A stretch of 64,000 nucleotides of DNA from Selaginella moellendorffii (GCF_000143415.4 NW_003314328.1:249241-313240); one strand, 5' to 3'. Counted from the first letter of the stretch, positions 39,052 to 52,987 are shown. Made by a program: numbers and translations. Notes: generated from the letters alone by a model not told the origin.

Positions 39052-39831
39052 CACTGTGAAGTTGGAGTGAGAGAACTAGACAACGCTGTTACTATAGCGA
39101 GACAAGCTTTGGATCTCTCGTCCTGTTCTACCTTTTGGTGGTTTTTGACGAGAGATTACGTGTTGTAATACTACTGCAACGTGCGCCGTTGGATGCGTGA
39201 CGCGTGTCTCGTGTCGCATCCAACGGCTCTGAACCGCATTTTGCATCGAGCTTGCCAACCATTATTTCTACCAGGCGCTAGGGTTTTAGTGTGGCTCTCT
39301 GGCGCGATGGCGCTGTGCTGCGGCGCTGGCGATCTTGCCGATCGTTGGCTGTAATGCGGATTCATCGCGGGCGTGCTCTCGTCGGTATTGGATTCTTTCT
39401 GACGCTGTCGCTGATCAGGAGCACCCGGATCGGATTATCTGGATGCGATCAAGCAAAGGATGTAGCAAATGCCGCGAGTGATCGATCGCCAGATAAGTTC
39501 TTGCTCCCTCAATCTCTCTAGGATTGCATGGAGTTTAGATTGTTCTTGTGTGTGATTGATTGGAATGTGTTTGATTAATCTCCCCCAAATGTTTTTGATT
39601 TTTATATTCCTTGCGACTGTCCATCCTTGGCGGGCACATGTCCAGTGTCTTTTCTGGTCTGCGAATGTTTGAGGAACGATTCCCCTAGCTTGGCTTTGGA
39701 CAAAAGCCAGCCTTTTCAGATAAGTCGGCTTGAGAGGCAACTAACTATGATGATTGTCGATCGATGCGTGCTTTTGCCTTACCTGTATTCTTCTTTTTCT
39801 TCGCATTGTTTGCCTCGGTTTGAGCCGAGGC

Positions 39832-39864
<33 letters not shown>

Positions 39865-42800
39865 TTTGCTCGCTCTTGAAACCAAAGCGTCTACATTATA
39901 TCGTATGCGCATAAAGATGACTGCTGTCGAGTCCTCCTAGTGGCAGTTAAACTGGGACCAGTTTTAACAACCTTTTGTGGTGGGCTCACGGCAAGCTGGA
40001 GCCGCTGGTTGTGGCTCCGTGTGAGATATGCTGCTGCTGATATGTATGTGCTATAGGGGCCCGTGCGCACGCTATCCCCTCCCCTTAGAAAAAAGAAGAA
40101 TGCTTTGGGTCCCGCGCGACATTCTCGTGAGATGGAAAAGGAGTCGTCCCTCCCTTCCCTCCTCCTCCCCCCAAGTTTTTAAGCCTCTCTCTCCACACTA
40201 AATGATTTTTAGTATTGACTATTTGCCTGTGCCTGTGGTTTCTTCTGGCTTGCCTGTTTCGTTGTCTGGCTTGGGCCTCCCTACCTAGTCTGAGTTCTAG
40301 AACTGTTGCATTGCCAGGGTCTAGTTTACTTTCACATCATACCTATGGACATCATAGGATGTTTGTACTGTGGTGTTGGGGGCTTCCAGCATGCAGGTCT
40401 ACGGGGGTGTGCTGCTGTGCTGTGTGCACTGTTGGGGTTTTGTTTGCCTTCTTTCTAACTGTGAAAGGATACAAATCACTGCACTGGCTTCCCTCCTAGT
40501 ACCTCACATGCATTTGATCATCATGTGTGGCCTACTAACTCCGTCTTAGCTTACACCCCCTTCTTTCGGCCAATTGTCTCTACCTGCATTACCAGTTGAA
40601 TCAATGAATGCGTATCAGCTGGTCAGCCAGACGAACCGAGGAAAATTTAAAAACTGAGCTCGACACTTGATGTGTCGAATGGATGGGAATGTTTAGGATC
40701 CGTCACGACCACACGTTGTGTGCGTGACATGTAAGATATGCGATCAGATATCGCTCTTGGAAGAGTGTGATCTCCTCTTTCCGTTCGTAGAATTACTAAA
40801 TAGCGCCTACGGCTACAAGGGGGAAAGCCTCCTTTAATCTCATGCTGATTGTCGGCATTGCATCCTGACTGTTCTGCAATCTTTGATGTAGATAGCTATC
40901 GGCTTACAACCCCGTACTGGCTATAGAGCCAGCTTTGGCTTGTTCTTGGTTGTCCTTCTTGGTTCTTTAAAGCAATTTGAGTGATTACTATATTCTAGCT
41001 CAGAACTCAGAAGTTCATAGCTTCTAATAATAAAATTTGGATGTTTTTTGCAGGGAAAATCTCACCGCAGTAGCTGGTTCTGCTTGTACTGGTGGCTGCT
41101 GATGATGGGAACTGGTGAACAGAAGCGAAGAGATACAAGTAGGTAGGGGCCTCAACTCTCACAGCGCTGAAGCAGCTATACTCTGCACCGCAAACTTAAT
41201 GACAAGTTTGGAACAGCAGGTGTGTATTGGTGCAAGGAAGATGGGATTGGAGTCGGGAGTGGATGGATGGGATGGGACTGGTAAAGCAGTCTCTGCTCGG
41301 GTGTGCCAGAGAAGGCGGAGACTCTCTCATCGCACAAGAGCTGAGATGTGACTCTTCACTTAGTCCTTGGTAGAGCTGGGAAGGAAAGAAGACCCCTTCA
41401 TAGAGAGCCTGCCCGTGGTATGTACAGCGATCACATTTTACTCTCTTTGACAAAGACGATCTGGGGAGAATCTATTTGACTCAGACTAGATACGAACAAA
41501 TTTTCTAAAGGAAATCGAAATCGGCAGAGAATATGATATGAATGCTACAAGAAAAGCGGAGGTGAGGTATATAATATTGTTTCATTACGCTTTATTAATG
41601 TTTTGTTTTGTTTTTTCTTTCTTGTGTATGCAGTGATTCTGTTAGCAACATTGGTTTGAGTAGCCAACCGGCCAGCCTGCCTACCACTAGCCAGCCACCG
41701 TTGGAAAGAATGCCAAGTTTCGGCTGAAGTACATGCACAAAAATACATGGAACCAACTCTGGTGTTTGAGAAAGGAAGATGCCTTTTCCGGTTTCCAAAA
41801 CAACCCCGGAGGGAGCGGAAGCATGGAAGGTGAACAATGCGGAAGCAGCAACGAATATAGGGACAAAGGCAACAAAAAACAAGACACATTCCGTGAGATA
41901 TTACTAGTTTATCGACACCGAGGTAACGCGGACTTACACACAAACTGCAGGGAACATCTGGCTGGGGAGCAGACACCAGGCAAGTAAGCAGATTTCCTAC
42001 TTAAAAAACAGGGAGGGAGAGAGGGGCCCTGATACTTTTCAATTTAAATGCTTACAGCCAGCAAAGGTTTCCTGCTATGGGCTTGATGAGAGCCCCTCAA
42101 AAGCAGCGGGTCTGTGCAAGTGGTGGCGGTTTCTTCGACTGCAGCACGCTGAGCTACTCCCAAGGTAGAGTTAACTAAAGTAAGACCCGTGTTGCATTTG
42201 CATCATCGTTACAGTAGTGGCTGCGATTCTGCTAACACTCTTTCTAGAAATATGTTTGTATAAGCAGCTCTCCTAATTTTGTGTGTTTTTTCTTGTCATC
42301 TCAGCTGTGCCTCGGTAAGGTCCCTTGTGCACGCCATGGCTGGTACCATCATCATGTCGACCATATGGCTTGTCAAGTCGTGCCCGTTTATGCTCCAGTT
42401 TGGGCTTCCTTTCTGGCCCAGGCGGGGAGCCACACTTGCCACGGCTCCAGAACTTTGAAATCAACCAGCAGGAAGGTAAGCTCTCGCTCTGTTTGACTTG
42501 CTTTTTGAGCTGGCTTGGCTAATGCATTTTAGGACGCCAATAATGAGTGAGTGTGGTTGACTGTCTCGCTACTGTGTTGTTTGTGTTCGAAAAGAAGCAT
42601 TTTGATGGTGGCTCTTCATGCAATTGTTTTTGACTGATTTGATAGATTCGGCTATTCTTACGTTCTTGTGGTCTTGGTCTCGGTCTTTTACGGTATTGGC
42701 CGCAGTTTTTTTATGATATCTTTGTGATTGTGGGGGATGGCTGATTGGCATTACGTCACGGGCAGGATAGAGGCTTGGCTCATTGTCATCGTCTCGAGTC

Positions 42801-44733
42801 TTGACTTTTTCTTTTCGCCTTGGCTTGCTGCGGGCTGATGCTACTGACTACTTATCCTCGTCACTCTTTCTCTCTCCTGGCAGTAGCATGCTGCGTGTCG
42901 AAGCTTTGGATGGCAATAGATCGAGATGTGGAATCGTCTATCGAGTGGTATGATATTATGCTGTTTCGTCGTGATTTTCACTGCTCTTTAGCGTGCGTGG
43001 GCTTGTTGGGCTGGTATTTCATGGGCTCTGTGTCGTGTGGCCGACATGCTCGACTTACGAGACATGGGGCTCACGTCCGACCACCAGGTACGTGGTTCTC
43101 TCTTCTTTTTTTCCATTTGATTTTTATTTCTCACAATTATCCTTAACTTATACTATTTCATTGAAAAGCAGGAGTCTGAAATGAATACTTACAGCAGTTT
43201 TACTGGAGAAAAGAAGGAAAAGAGGCGAATTTCCTGGTTTTGGAGAATCTAATTCGGTTGCAGGTGCATCACTTATGTCGCATGAATAATGCAAGGAGAA
43301 ATCAGGCGAGCACATGAGGTAGGCTCCCACAATCCCCACTACTTGGCGGTTGACTCTTGCTTTTTTAGTGCAGATTTTGGAAGTTGACTGGAGGAGCTGG
43401 AAAAAAAAACTGGCAAATAGTTTATGGCACAGGAACGATTCAGGTAGGAGCGAATGACTTATCTCTGCCTGGTTTTTTTTGGTTTTGATAGCGTATCCTG
43501 CCTTCTCTGGTGGTGGTGTAGCTAGCTTGTTGCTGTTCCCTGTTCCCTCCTTGTCTGTGTGTCCTGCTTCTTTTGGAATGACCCTAGGAACTTTTGAGTT
43601 TCCTTGAGAGTCCCTTTACGGTCATCTCAGCGTTCTAGTGAGTGTTCTTCCAGCCGTGTGAATGAGTGAGTGTGTAAAAGGTGGCTACGCGTCTCTCTTC
43701 CTTTTGTATGCTTCTCTTCTTTTTCAAGCAGTGTCCCGGGTTTGTTTTTCTCTCTCAGTACTTTCAATCTCTTTGTCCGTCCAGGTTCTCCTGATGCTTG
43801 ATTGTTTCTTGGTGTTACTTACACTTCCACACAGGAGGAGGAGGACCTCGCTGCTCATCATTTGGCGCCTTAAATGCGAAACACTCTTCTTCGTCTCCCT
43901 CGGAAACGAGGCGATGGATCGCGAAGGTTTGGGGATCCGTGTCGCAATTCCTTTCCTCCCTACAGTGCCCGCTAACATGATGCTGCAGGAGTACACACAC
44001 CAAAGCCAAAGGTTCTATGCCAGGAAGGAGTTTTGGGACCCATCCCTGTTAAAACACCGCGCATTTTCTCCGCGAGCATTTTATTCACTTGGATCACCGA
44101 CAGGATTGTTCCAACGATCAGACAAACAAAACCGTTTAAGAGCGGCCAAAGTTGTGTGTGTGTGTGATTTTGCTTTCTTACTCTAGACAATGTTGTTATT
44201 AAACACTATAGAATAAAAGGTGGTGGTGGCGTCACCCATTTGATCCTTGCGCTTGCTTGCATCATTGCATTCCTCAAACCCCTCAAAACTTCCAGTCAAC
44301 TTTGGCAATCGCCACCCAGACCTTCCAAGCCTTGGAATCCATCTTTGTTTTGAGGAGCATGCCACGATTCCACAGTCCAATTTGGATTTTAATTTGGAAG
44401 CCAAAGCAGAAAGCCCCCAAATTCCATGCATGATTGCCACTCCCAAACAGGCGAATCATTCAAAACCTTTCAGCCTCATAGAGCGAGGTCCACCACCATT
44501 GACGCTGGGCCGCGCTCGATCCTCCCCTACATGCCATGATCTACGGATCAATCCCGTGGAGGGATCTCGCCTTTGGTCGATCGAGCGATCCCATAGGCTC
44601 CATTCAATCGCGCTTATCAGAGGTGGCGAGGTTCTTTTAGGTTTTAGGGCTCTCTTGGGGGTCCCGCCCCGCCAGCGGCGCCGCTCACCGGTGGCGCCGC
44701 CGGCGGCGCCGCTGTACAGAGGCACAAGGGCAG

Positions 44734-44742
44734 TCTATAAGA
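44734..44742 (+). promoter_or_regulatory. Putative TATA box of pri-MIR159
   Basis: CTATAAGAA lies ~30 nt before a pyrimidine-rich leader, ~1.2 kb upstream of the hairpin, with no intervening gene. Confidence 0.4.
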
Positions 44743-45902
44743 AGCACAGCCATCAACCTCATTTCCAGTCACTCACTCATTCGTTTGTTCGTTGGTTCGC
44801 TCGTTTTCGCCCGCCCAGAGCTCCGAGCTCCTCTTTCTCCCTTCTTCTCTCTCCTCTCGCTCTTTTCGATCCACCACAAACTCACACACAAGTCTCTCCC
44901 CATTTGTTTCTTCCCCGTTTTTCTGTTTTTTTTTTGGTTTGGGCCTGAGCGCTCCAGGCTTTCGCGAGGCACTTTTTTTTTTCTTCTTTGGATCGTTCTT
45001 GCGGGGGCTGGTTTTGCTGCTCGAGCGAGATCGATTGGTTTTGGATTTGGATTGCTTGGCTTTGCTTCGAGTGATCCACGCTTGATATCCTTTCATGGTG
45101 GAATGCAAATCACTGAGGTACAGGCGTGGATTACCGGCTCGTGCTTACTGAGAGAGAAAGGATGGGATTGCTTGCCTGATCATTGCGGTTTGTGGGCTTC
45201 TCAAGATTGTGGTTTTTTTTCTTTCTTTTTTTTCCTTTCACTTTCGCTGCTGTTGATGGTTCTGGTGATGTTGTCTCGAGGGAAGACGCTCGCTCTCGCT
45301 GGCTGGCTGTTTTGCTGCCTGCGCTGCTTTCACTCACTCTCTCTTTCAATGGGCTCGCCTTTGTTTGCTTGCTCCTTTTGCTTTTCTGAATCTATCTGTC
45401 TGCATCCACCACTTGGTCCATCCCTCGCTTTGGCATTTTGCTTCCTTTGATGTTTGCCTCTCCAACTGCAGGGCTGCTCGTTTCACTGATCCCCACTCCA
45501 GCTTTCATTCTCTCTTTTCAATCGTCGCATACTTCTCGTCCTCCTTCGCTTTCCATGGCGTTGTTGAGAGAAAAGCCAGTGTAGTCGTTTCCAAATCGTC
45601 CTTGTGCACCCTCCCTGCAAATTCCCGTCCGTGACAGAATCCCAAAGCTCGATTCTTTCCGCCCGCAGTCATTTCCTCTTCATTTCGCTCATTTACTGCA
45701 ATTCTTGGGGTTTGAAAGCACGCGTGCGTCGAGAATTCGATCCGAGCCGCGGAGGACTTGAGAAGCAACGTCAACAATCGGCGCTGGGAGAGGTCTGTGT
45801 TTCTTTCCTGCGATGATCTTCCCTGCGCGAGTGACATACACATACGATAGTTTTGAGAGGCCTCGAGGTTTTGAGCTATGGTGTGTCGGGCTTTGGCTTG
45901 CA

Positions 45903-46170
45903 GGGGGAGCTCCCTTCAATTCAACTGAGGTCGGTGCGTCGCTGTTACTCGCTGCTGACTCATGCATTCGCCTGACATGCCCGCAACCATCATCAGATCG
46001 TGATCAGGACACGCCGAAAACATGCCCGTGATCACCTCCGCAACTCTCTGATCTCGGCGAGGTTGATCACAGAATCCCCCGAGTTTGAGGCATGGCAGCC
46101 GTGTGCATGATGCAGGAGCAGGTGCGGCTTCGGCTCTGAACTTCCCTTGGATTGAAGGGAGCTCCCTTCC
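45903..46170 (+). ncRNA. MIR159: MIR159/319-family precursor; mature CUUGGAUUGAAGGGAGCUCCC at 46146-46166
   Basis: Mature sequence matches the family; star arm GGAGCTCCCTTCAATTCAA at ~45906. Loop-proximal duplex GCTGCTGACTCATGCA / TGCATGATGCAGGAGCAG is typical of long 159/319 hairpins. Confidence 0.92.
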
Positions 46171-47263
46171 AGATTCACAGCATCGTTTTGCAACACTTCT
46201 TTGCTATTTGTTTCCTTTTCTTGTTTCGTTTTTTTCTTTTCCTTGAGAAAATAAACAGTTTTTGGTTCGTTTCAAGCTCGTTTGAATTCCAGCCATGTCA
46301 GTTGTGCAGCTTTGGGACACAGATCCAAGTTGAAAAAGAAGGAAAAATAAGTTTTATTTTGCATTGCTTGTTTCTCATTCTTCCTATTTTGTGGCCTAGA
46401 CAATGAAGGAAGAATCTGTGCTGGAGGGGAGTCATTCAATTTGAGGGGCGAACTATTCGGGCACAGGTACTTAAATGAGATCGATTTTGGAATTCCTCAG
46501 AGCTTACAACAATGCAGGATCTCTCCTACCAGATTTCCCCTCCTGCTTGCTTTTGTTGTTTTGTTGGGGAGGATTTAACCGCCCGCTCAACAGCTTATAC
46601 ATTTGACTTCACAGAGAGGAGCTCCTTTTCTTTCCTGTGATCCTCGATTTAAACAGTTTCTAGCAGAGATTGTCGTTTCCTCCATAATCAATTAGTACAA
46701 GCAAAGCAAACCCAAGCAAAGCTTGTTTATCATTTCTCAACATTCCAGCAGTCATATATATATATATATATTTCAAGCAAGGTAGCTGATAGTGAGAGCG
46801 AGGGGGGATGTTCAGAAGTGTTGCAAGTGACTCAGATTGTAAGAGAGTGAGGATCAGAAGAGGTTGATAGATAGATGCTGTTTATGGTTACTAAAGTGTC
46901 TTTTGGGGCATGGGTTAGAAGATTGGAAATTACATTACTGGAAATAATAATAGGAAACTCTTGGCTCCAGCAAGCAAATGGTAAAAAAGAATGAGAAAGA
47001 GGAGTGTTGCAATGGAAGAGATTGTATAAAAAAAGCAAAAGCCTGGAACACACCTGTAGAAGTAGAAATGAAGGGTGGAAAAAGAGATGGAGGCAAACTG
47101 CCCACAGCCCATACCCCATGTCAGAAGTGCAGGGACATTCTTTTCAGGGCTTGTCCATTGGAGGAACAAACCCTGGAAAACCATAGCTATTTGAATTTGA
47201 TATCTTTAAACTTTCAAACTATTAGGGCACACTCTGTTCTAGGTTTAGGGCTCTTGGACAGGA

Positions 47264-50200
47264 ATGGGCGAGGCGGAGGAGACGCTGCCGGAGCCGCGGC
47301 GCTGGGCTCCGCCGCCTATTCCGATCTGCGCAGCGGCGGATCGCAGCAGCTTGCTGCTGGAGTGGCCGAAATACGTCGATTTCGCTGATGGATTCGAGTA
47401 CTGCTTGGAGCTGGGGTTGAAGAGGGCGCTGAGGAGCGATCTGCACGGGCGGAGGCCCGGGAAGAAGAATGCGGGGATGGGAAGAGATCTCGGAGCGCCC
47501 GAGCTGATCGAGTTTGCCGTGGCCTGGTCGGAGCATTTCCCGCAGGGGATTTTCACCTCATCCGCGGCTGGGTATGCGGTGAATTTCGACTGTCTTGAGT
47601 GGAAGACGATCTATCGTGGCTCGGAGAACTCAAGCAAGGTATTCGAGCTTGTTTTTTTCTTCTTCTTCACGCGGTTGCTGGTGTGATATATGTGCATTTT
47701 GTTTTTCTTGGTTGGATTCCACGAAGAACAGGTTGAGGATTTGATACCCGGGATGGGATACGTTTTCCGGCTTTGCGTCATGCTTCCGGATTCATGTTCG
47801 AACGAAGCACCACCACCTCTTTCCTCGGACCAAATCATGTTTTTTACAATCCCATGCGCGCCATGCCCGCCGGAGTGCCCGCTACTCGTGGATCGTGGAA
47901 GAACTTCGCTTAAGGTTTGTTTCTTCTCGTTTTTTCCTTTTGTAAGCTGGATGATTCTTTTTTTTTTCTCTATAGTTGAAGTGGTCGCCACCCTCGATTA
48001 CCGGCGGAATGGCGATACGTGAATACATCGCTGAGATGAAGCGTCCAGGCGGCGATTTTGAGAACGTCTACAGTGGTGGCACAAATCTCACGGTTAAAGT
48101 GACTCGGCTTGTCCCGGGAACCAGCTATATCTTTCGTGTGCAGGTAGACATTTTCTATTTGTCTACGTTCTCATTTTCTCGTTTTCCTCACTCCAGGCTT
48201 TGAGCTGCCTAGGCTGGAGTGGCCTCAGTAAAGAAGTGACATATGTCACAGCTTCGTCTGTTCCTGCTGCACCCACGCCTCCTAGTCTCTTGAGCTCGTC
48301 TCGAAACTCCATATCCCTTTGCTGGGAGGTATTGCCAGATTTCTATTTAGACTTTTCTGAGCTTCGTTCTGTCACTTCGAAATACAGGAACCAGACAATC
48401 ATGGCTCACCAGTATCCTCTTATACTCTTGAGGCTGACGATGGTAAACGGCAACTTTCATACATATGTATATGATATTTTATGATGCAGGACTCGACGGG
48501 CCGTTTTCCGTTGTTTACAGTGGCGAGGAACGAAGGTTTGACATTTTTTCAGGATGATTTGCCATTTATTAATACTTTTATCTCTTAGTTGTGAAGTTGG
48601 TAACCTGAGGAGTGGAACCAGCTATAAGTTCAGAGTTCTTGCTCACAATGGCATTGGGAAAGGTGCATTTAGCGCGTCTGCGAGGTTTTCAACATCGCAC
48701 TCACCTCCATCTGCGCCTCGGTCACTTAGCATTCTTGGCAAGACATCAACCTCTGGAGTCATCGGCTGGAGCCCACCTGATTACAACGGTGGAAGCTCTA
48801 TAACCGGGTTTGTCATACACAGTACTTTACTAATAAAACAAATCTCATGCGGTTTCATTCAGGTATGAACTGGAGTTCAAGCTGAAGGCGTCTGGCAGCT
48901 GCTGGACTCAAGCATATAGCGGTCAATCGAGCACGTGCAACCTCATTGGTCTTCGTCCTGGTACGCATAAGATGGCATTTGTAATCGACAAGCTGAGTCG
49001 TTCGTGCAGGATGTCAATATCATGTGCAGGTAAGAGCAAAGAATAACGAGGGATGTGGAGATTTTTCTCAAGAAGGTATTCAGATTCTCTTATGAAGTAA
49101 TAACGCCGTTCTTAGTTCGTTTGTGTATGCAGCTTCTTTTATGACTTCTCCTGGCCTGTCAGAAGCTCCCTCGTCTCCGGTGTTTTCAGAAATACGAAGT
49201 ACATCGCTGAAAGTTTCCTGGGACCGTCCCAACCACGACGGTGGCTCAGCTATTCTCGGATATCGTTTAGAGGTAATGTTACACTTCTATCAACAGATTT
49301 TAATTTTTCGTCTTAGATGCTAATTGCAGAAACAAGCGACTCTTTGTGTGTATATCGAGGGGATGAGCTTTCTGTTGGCGTAGACAAGCTTATTCCCGGG
49401 CAGAAATACATTTTTAAAGTACAGGCTTTGAACAAAGCTGGTTCTAGCGGTTGGAGCGGTATGGTAGTTGTCTGCAGCTGGCTTTGACTGATTTTTTGTT
49501 GTGTAGGCCCGAGTGAAGTTTGGACAAAAGCAGCTGTTCCGGATGCCCCTGAAACTCCAACTATTGTCAATGTATCATCTACCACCGTTTCTCTACGGTA
49601 ACTGAGATTCTCGCTTTAAACGAGTTCTATGACACACAAGTGACGTTGCAGGTGGATCTCGCCAAAGCCAAACGGTAGTTGCATACTATCTTACCGTCTT
49701 CAAATGGCCAATCTAGGATATGATGCAACAAACCGGCAGAATGAGATGTTTCGTTTTTATTCATCTGGAACTGATCGTTACATTGCTGGGGAGGAAAATG
49801 TGAGGTACAGATAATCTCGTAAGGTTGTTTTCGCTTATATAAGTTTAGACGCAGGAAACACAGACTGAAGATAATGACCAGGAACGTCACGCTGTTCAAT
49901 CTGTGTACGATGGTCCTGCTCTTGCGTATACATTGAAGAACCTTCAGCCATGGACTTCATATGCTTTCTGCTTGCAGGTTGTGTGCCTTCTCGATTCTTT
50001 ACATTCATATCTCGTGGCTTGCCAGGCCTTGAATTCGGTTGGAGAAAGCGTTTGCAGCAAGATCATCCTCTCTAAGACATCTCCGTCTTGTCCTTCGCCA
50101 CCGTCTCTTGTCATTAGTGAAACATCAACCGATACTGTGTCGCTACAATGGGAGGTATCAAATTGTTGCTATTGAAAATTTATCGGGCTCATTAGTTTAA

Positions 50201-51526
50201 CGATTTTTGCAGCTTCCACAGCGAGACAATGGTGCTAGCGTGATTTCTTTTGGCCTTCACATGAAAAAAAAACCCGAAGCCTTCAAGAACAATCCAAGAC
50301 ATAACAAAACGCATATAGAGGACACTACGGACGAGTGGACTGAAGTATACAAAGGGGCATTGCTCAAGTAAGCAATTATTTTATGTTTTACTTCATCTAA
50401 AAAGCTTGCTGCAGTTACGCGTTACCGTCGCTACTGCCTGGGCATTCATACATGTTCCGGCTCGTAGCCTACAATGTGTATGGCCCTTCTGGACCAAGCT
50501 TTGTGACTGCCTCCACACTTGCAGCGTGTCCTCTTCCTCCATCCCCGCCAACATTTTCTGGAATATCACCAACAAGTGTCCGTGTCAGGTGGGCTGCCCC
50601 TACTTGCGACAATGGAGCACCGATCTTGAGGTTGGTGTTGTTGATCTTTCAAAGACCTTACTTTTTATTCGACCTTTCTGCAGATACAGGCTTCTCATGG
50701 ATCATTCTAAGTCTGGTCATATGCATAAGGTTTGAATCGTCTTTTTTTTCTCTCTTAACTGTCTACATGTATTGATTGCAAATCTATCTTTTCAAGGTGT
50801 ACGAGGGGGATTCGACGTCTTACAAAGTTGTAAAGCTCGTACCTGGGAGATCTTATCAGGTGGCTGTCCAGGTAAAAAGACCCAAACAGATATTCTCGGT
50901 TTTTGCTCAACAGCTTTGTCTAGGCTATCAACTCTGCCGGTGCGAGCCATCTGAGCGACTTGTCTTCGGTTACTCTCCCAGCTCAGATCGTTCTTCCCGC
51001 ACTGGACGCACCACAGCTGGCTCGTTCCAATGATTTCCTTTCCGTATCGTGGACGCATCTGGATCAGCGAGAGGTCGTCTCTTACACACTCCAGATGGAG
51101 TCAGCGCCTGGCAAGTTACTCCAAGTTTACGAGGGCTCCACTCCAAGGTACGTCCATTAATGTTCTCGGGACAAGGAAGTAGACTGCACACTTAATTGTT
51201 TCTTTTTTGATTTTTTCTACTGTAGGTTCATGCTTGATATCAACAACAGTAATAAGAGCTGCAAGTTTCGAGTGCGCGCCAACGGGGGTGGTCTGGAAGT
51301 TTGCTCCGGCCCCTGGAGCCCATTCTCGACATGGACTCCTCCACCCGTGTCCAAACAGAAACCAAAGGATGTGAAGCGATCCAGCTCGATCACGACAATG
51401 GATTTCATACGAGGTATGCATCAAAGACTCGCAGATCCATGGAGTGTCAAGCAGCGAAGGATGATTGCGCTAATCGGGACTTTGCTTACACTAACTCTGG
51501 CCTTGTTCACGAACACTCGCGATTGA
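47264..51526 (+). CDS. Nine-fibronectin-type-III-repeat protein with C-terminal hydrophobic anchor (FNDC3-like); multi-exon
   Basis: Repeated P..P...W..P..NG.....Y...VY.G.....L.PG..Y.FRV.A.N..G.S units; nine counted after splicing. Terminal segment is MIALIGTLLTLTLALFTNTRD*. Confidence 0.85.
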
Positions 51527-52987
51527 TTCTCAGGTACGTGGCCTTGGACAAGTCAAACAGGGGAGGAAAAATCTAACCTTTCAAAGCCACTGTCTCGCAG
51601 GAGTTTCGGTCAAGTTTGGTTGGCCTCGCCTCACATGGTGTGTTTCTAAGATCAAGAAGATCACGCGTACGTAACTCCATGCATGCGTACGGAGGCCGCC
51701 AAGCAAGCCTTTGCGAATTGATTGCGGTGACGCGGAATCGCCGACCAGAGACCTGCCACGTAGCACTCGCTCGCTCGCCCATTCCGCGGCGGAAAACGTC
51801 ACCGCCCAGCCAACCACCACGCTCTCGACTTTCCACATCGGAATGTGGCCCCGGTGCGCATTCAATGAAGCCTCACATCTATCTATCCCGGAAGTACAGT
51901 TGGGTGGTGGTTCCCGGTTCAAATCCGATATATTCCCAAGCCATACCCGCCACATCAGCGTGACACGTGCCAACGTCAGCAAAGCGCGTTCTTCTAAAAG
52001 ACGAGACCCCTTCCTCTTTTTTTTTTTCAAGTTTTACCACAAGGAAGGTTCTGTTTTGAGTCTTTGGATTCGTTTCCTCCAAGAAAAAAAAGAGAGAAGA
52101 TACGAATGGAAGATCACGTAGGTTGTGATCAATCAAGGTCTTAAGACATTAACAATTACCATTTTTTACTTTTTTCCTGTTTAGACCGAGAAGAGCGAAG
52201 CTTCTGTGTGTAGATTTTGACCAGCCGCTGCTTTTCCAAGTGAATCGCTATCGCATTGATTGCACGAGTGAGGAAAAAATTACCACCGCCTTGAACAAGT
52301 GAAAACCAGCCCCATCAAAAGATCAAAATCAATCAAGGTAACCCAAGTTGGTGCAACCAAAAACAAAATGCCGGCTATTAGGGCAAATTCACCCAAGACA
52401 CGTGGAGCAATATGGACTGTGCATGCAGACGTAGTTACTGCCAGATGCCAGTCATATATTCCGCATATTCCACTGTGCCCGGTCGCTTTTATTTTTTTAC
52501 TTTTTTCCGACAGCAGCAGCGCGACCGGATCGTTTTCCACCTACCAGATTCCGCCGGTTGCGGCGTACGGACACGAGGGGAGCTAGCGTACGGTAGCCGC
52601 CGTCAACGGTGTGGATCTACGGTTCCATTCACACGGTCTCAAATCCAGCTAAAAAATCTTCCTTGGGCCGAAAAATACTTGCCTCTTCCTATTACACAAT
52701 CTCTTCTAGACCATCGCCCACCGATCCCCAGGTGAGCGCTACAGGTTCTCGAGCGGTCAGAGAATCGCAAATTCCAGGTCTGTCTATCCAAATGCGATAG
52801 CGCGCGATGATCTCACGAGCGAATCCCCGAGGATAAAGATATATAATTCGATTCGAGGCCGAGAGAGCTTGATGCGAGCGGAGAGGAAGATCCTTGAGAG
52901 GGGACGAGAGAATTCACGCCTGTGAATGATTCCAGGAGCTCGGATTCCTCCTGTGCTGCTTCGTCTCTCCATCTCCAATCGCTGTCA

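Noticed and set aside
44247-45450. 233-aa and 221-aa ORFs upstream of MIR159
   Set aside because: Non-ATG starts and low-complexity CT-rich composition; better explained as promoter and pri-miRNA leader.
52922-52987. GTG start for the VQ protein
   Set aside because: The GTG falls within a probable 5' UTR intron; the ATG at 52988 is the simpler start.
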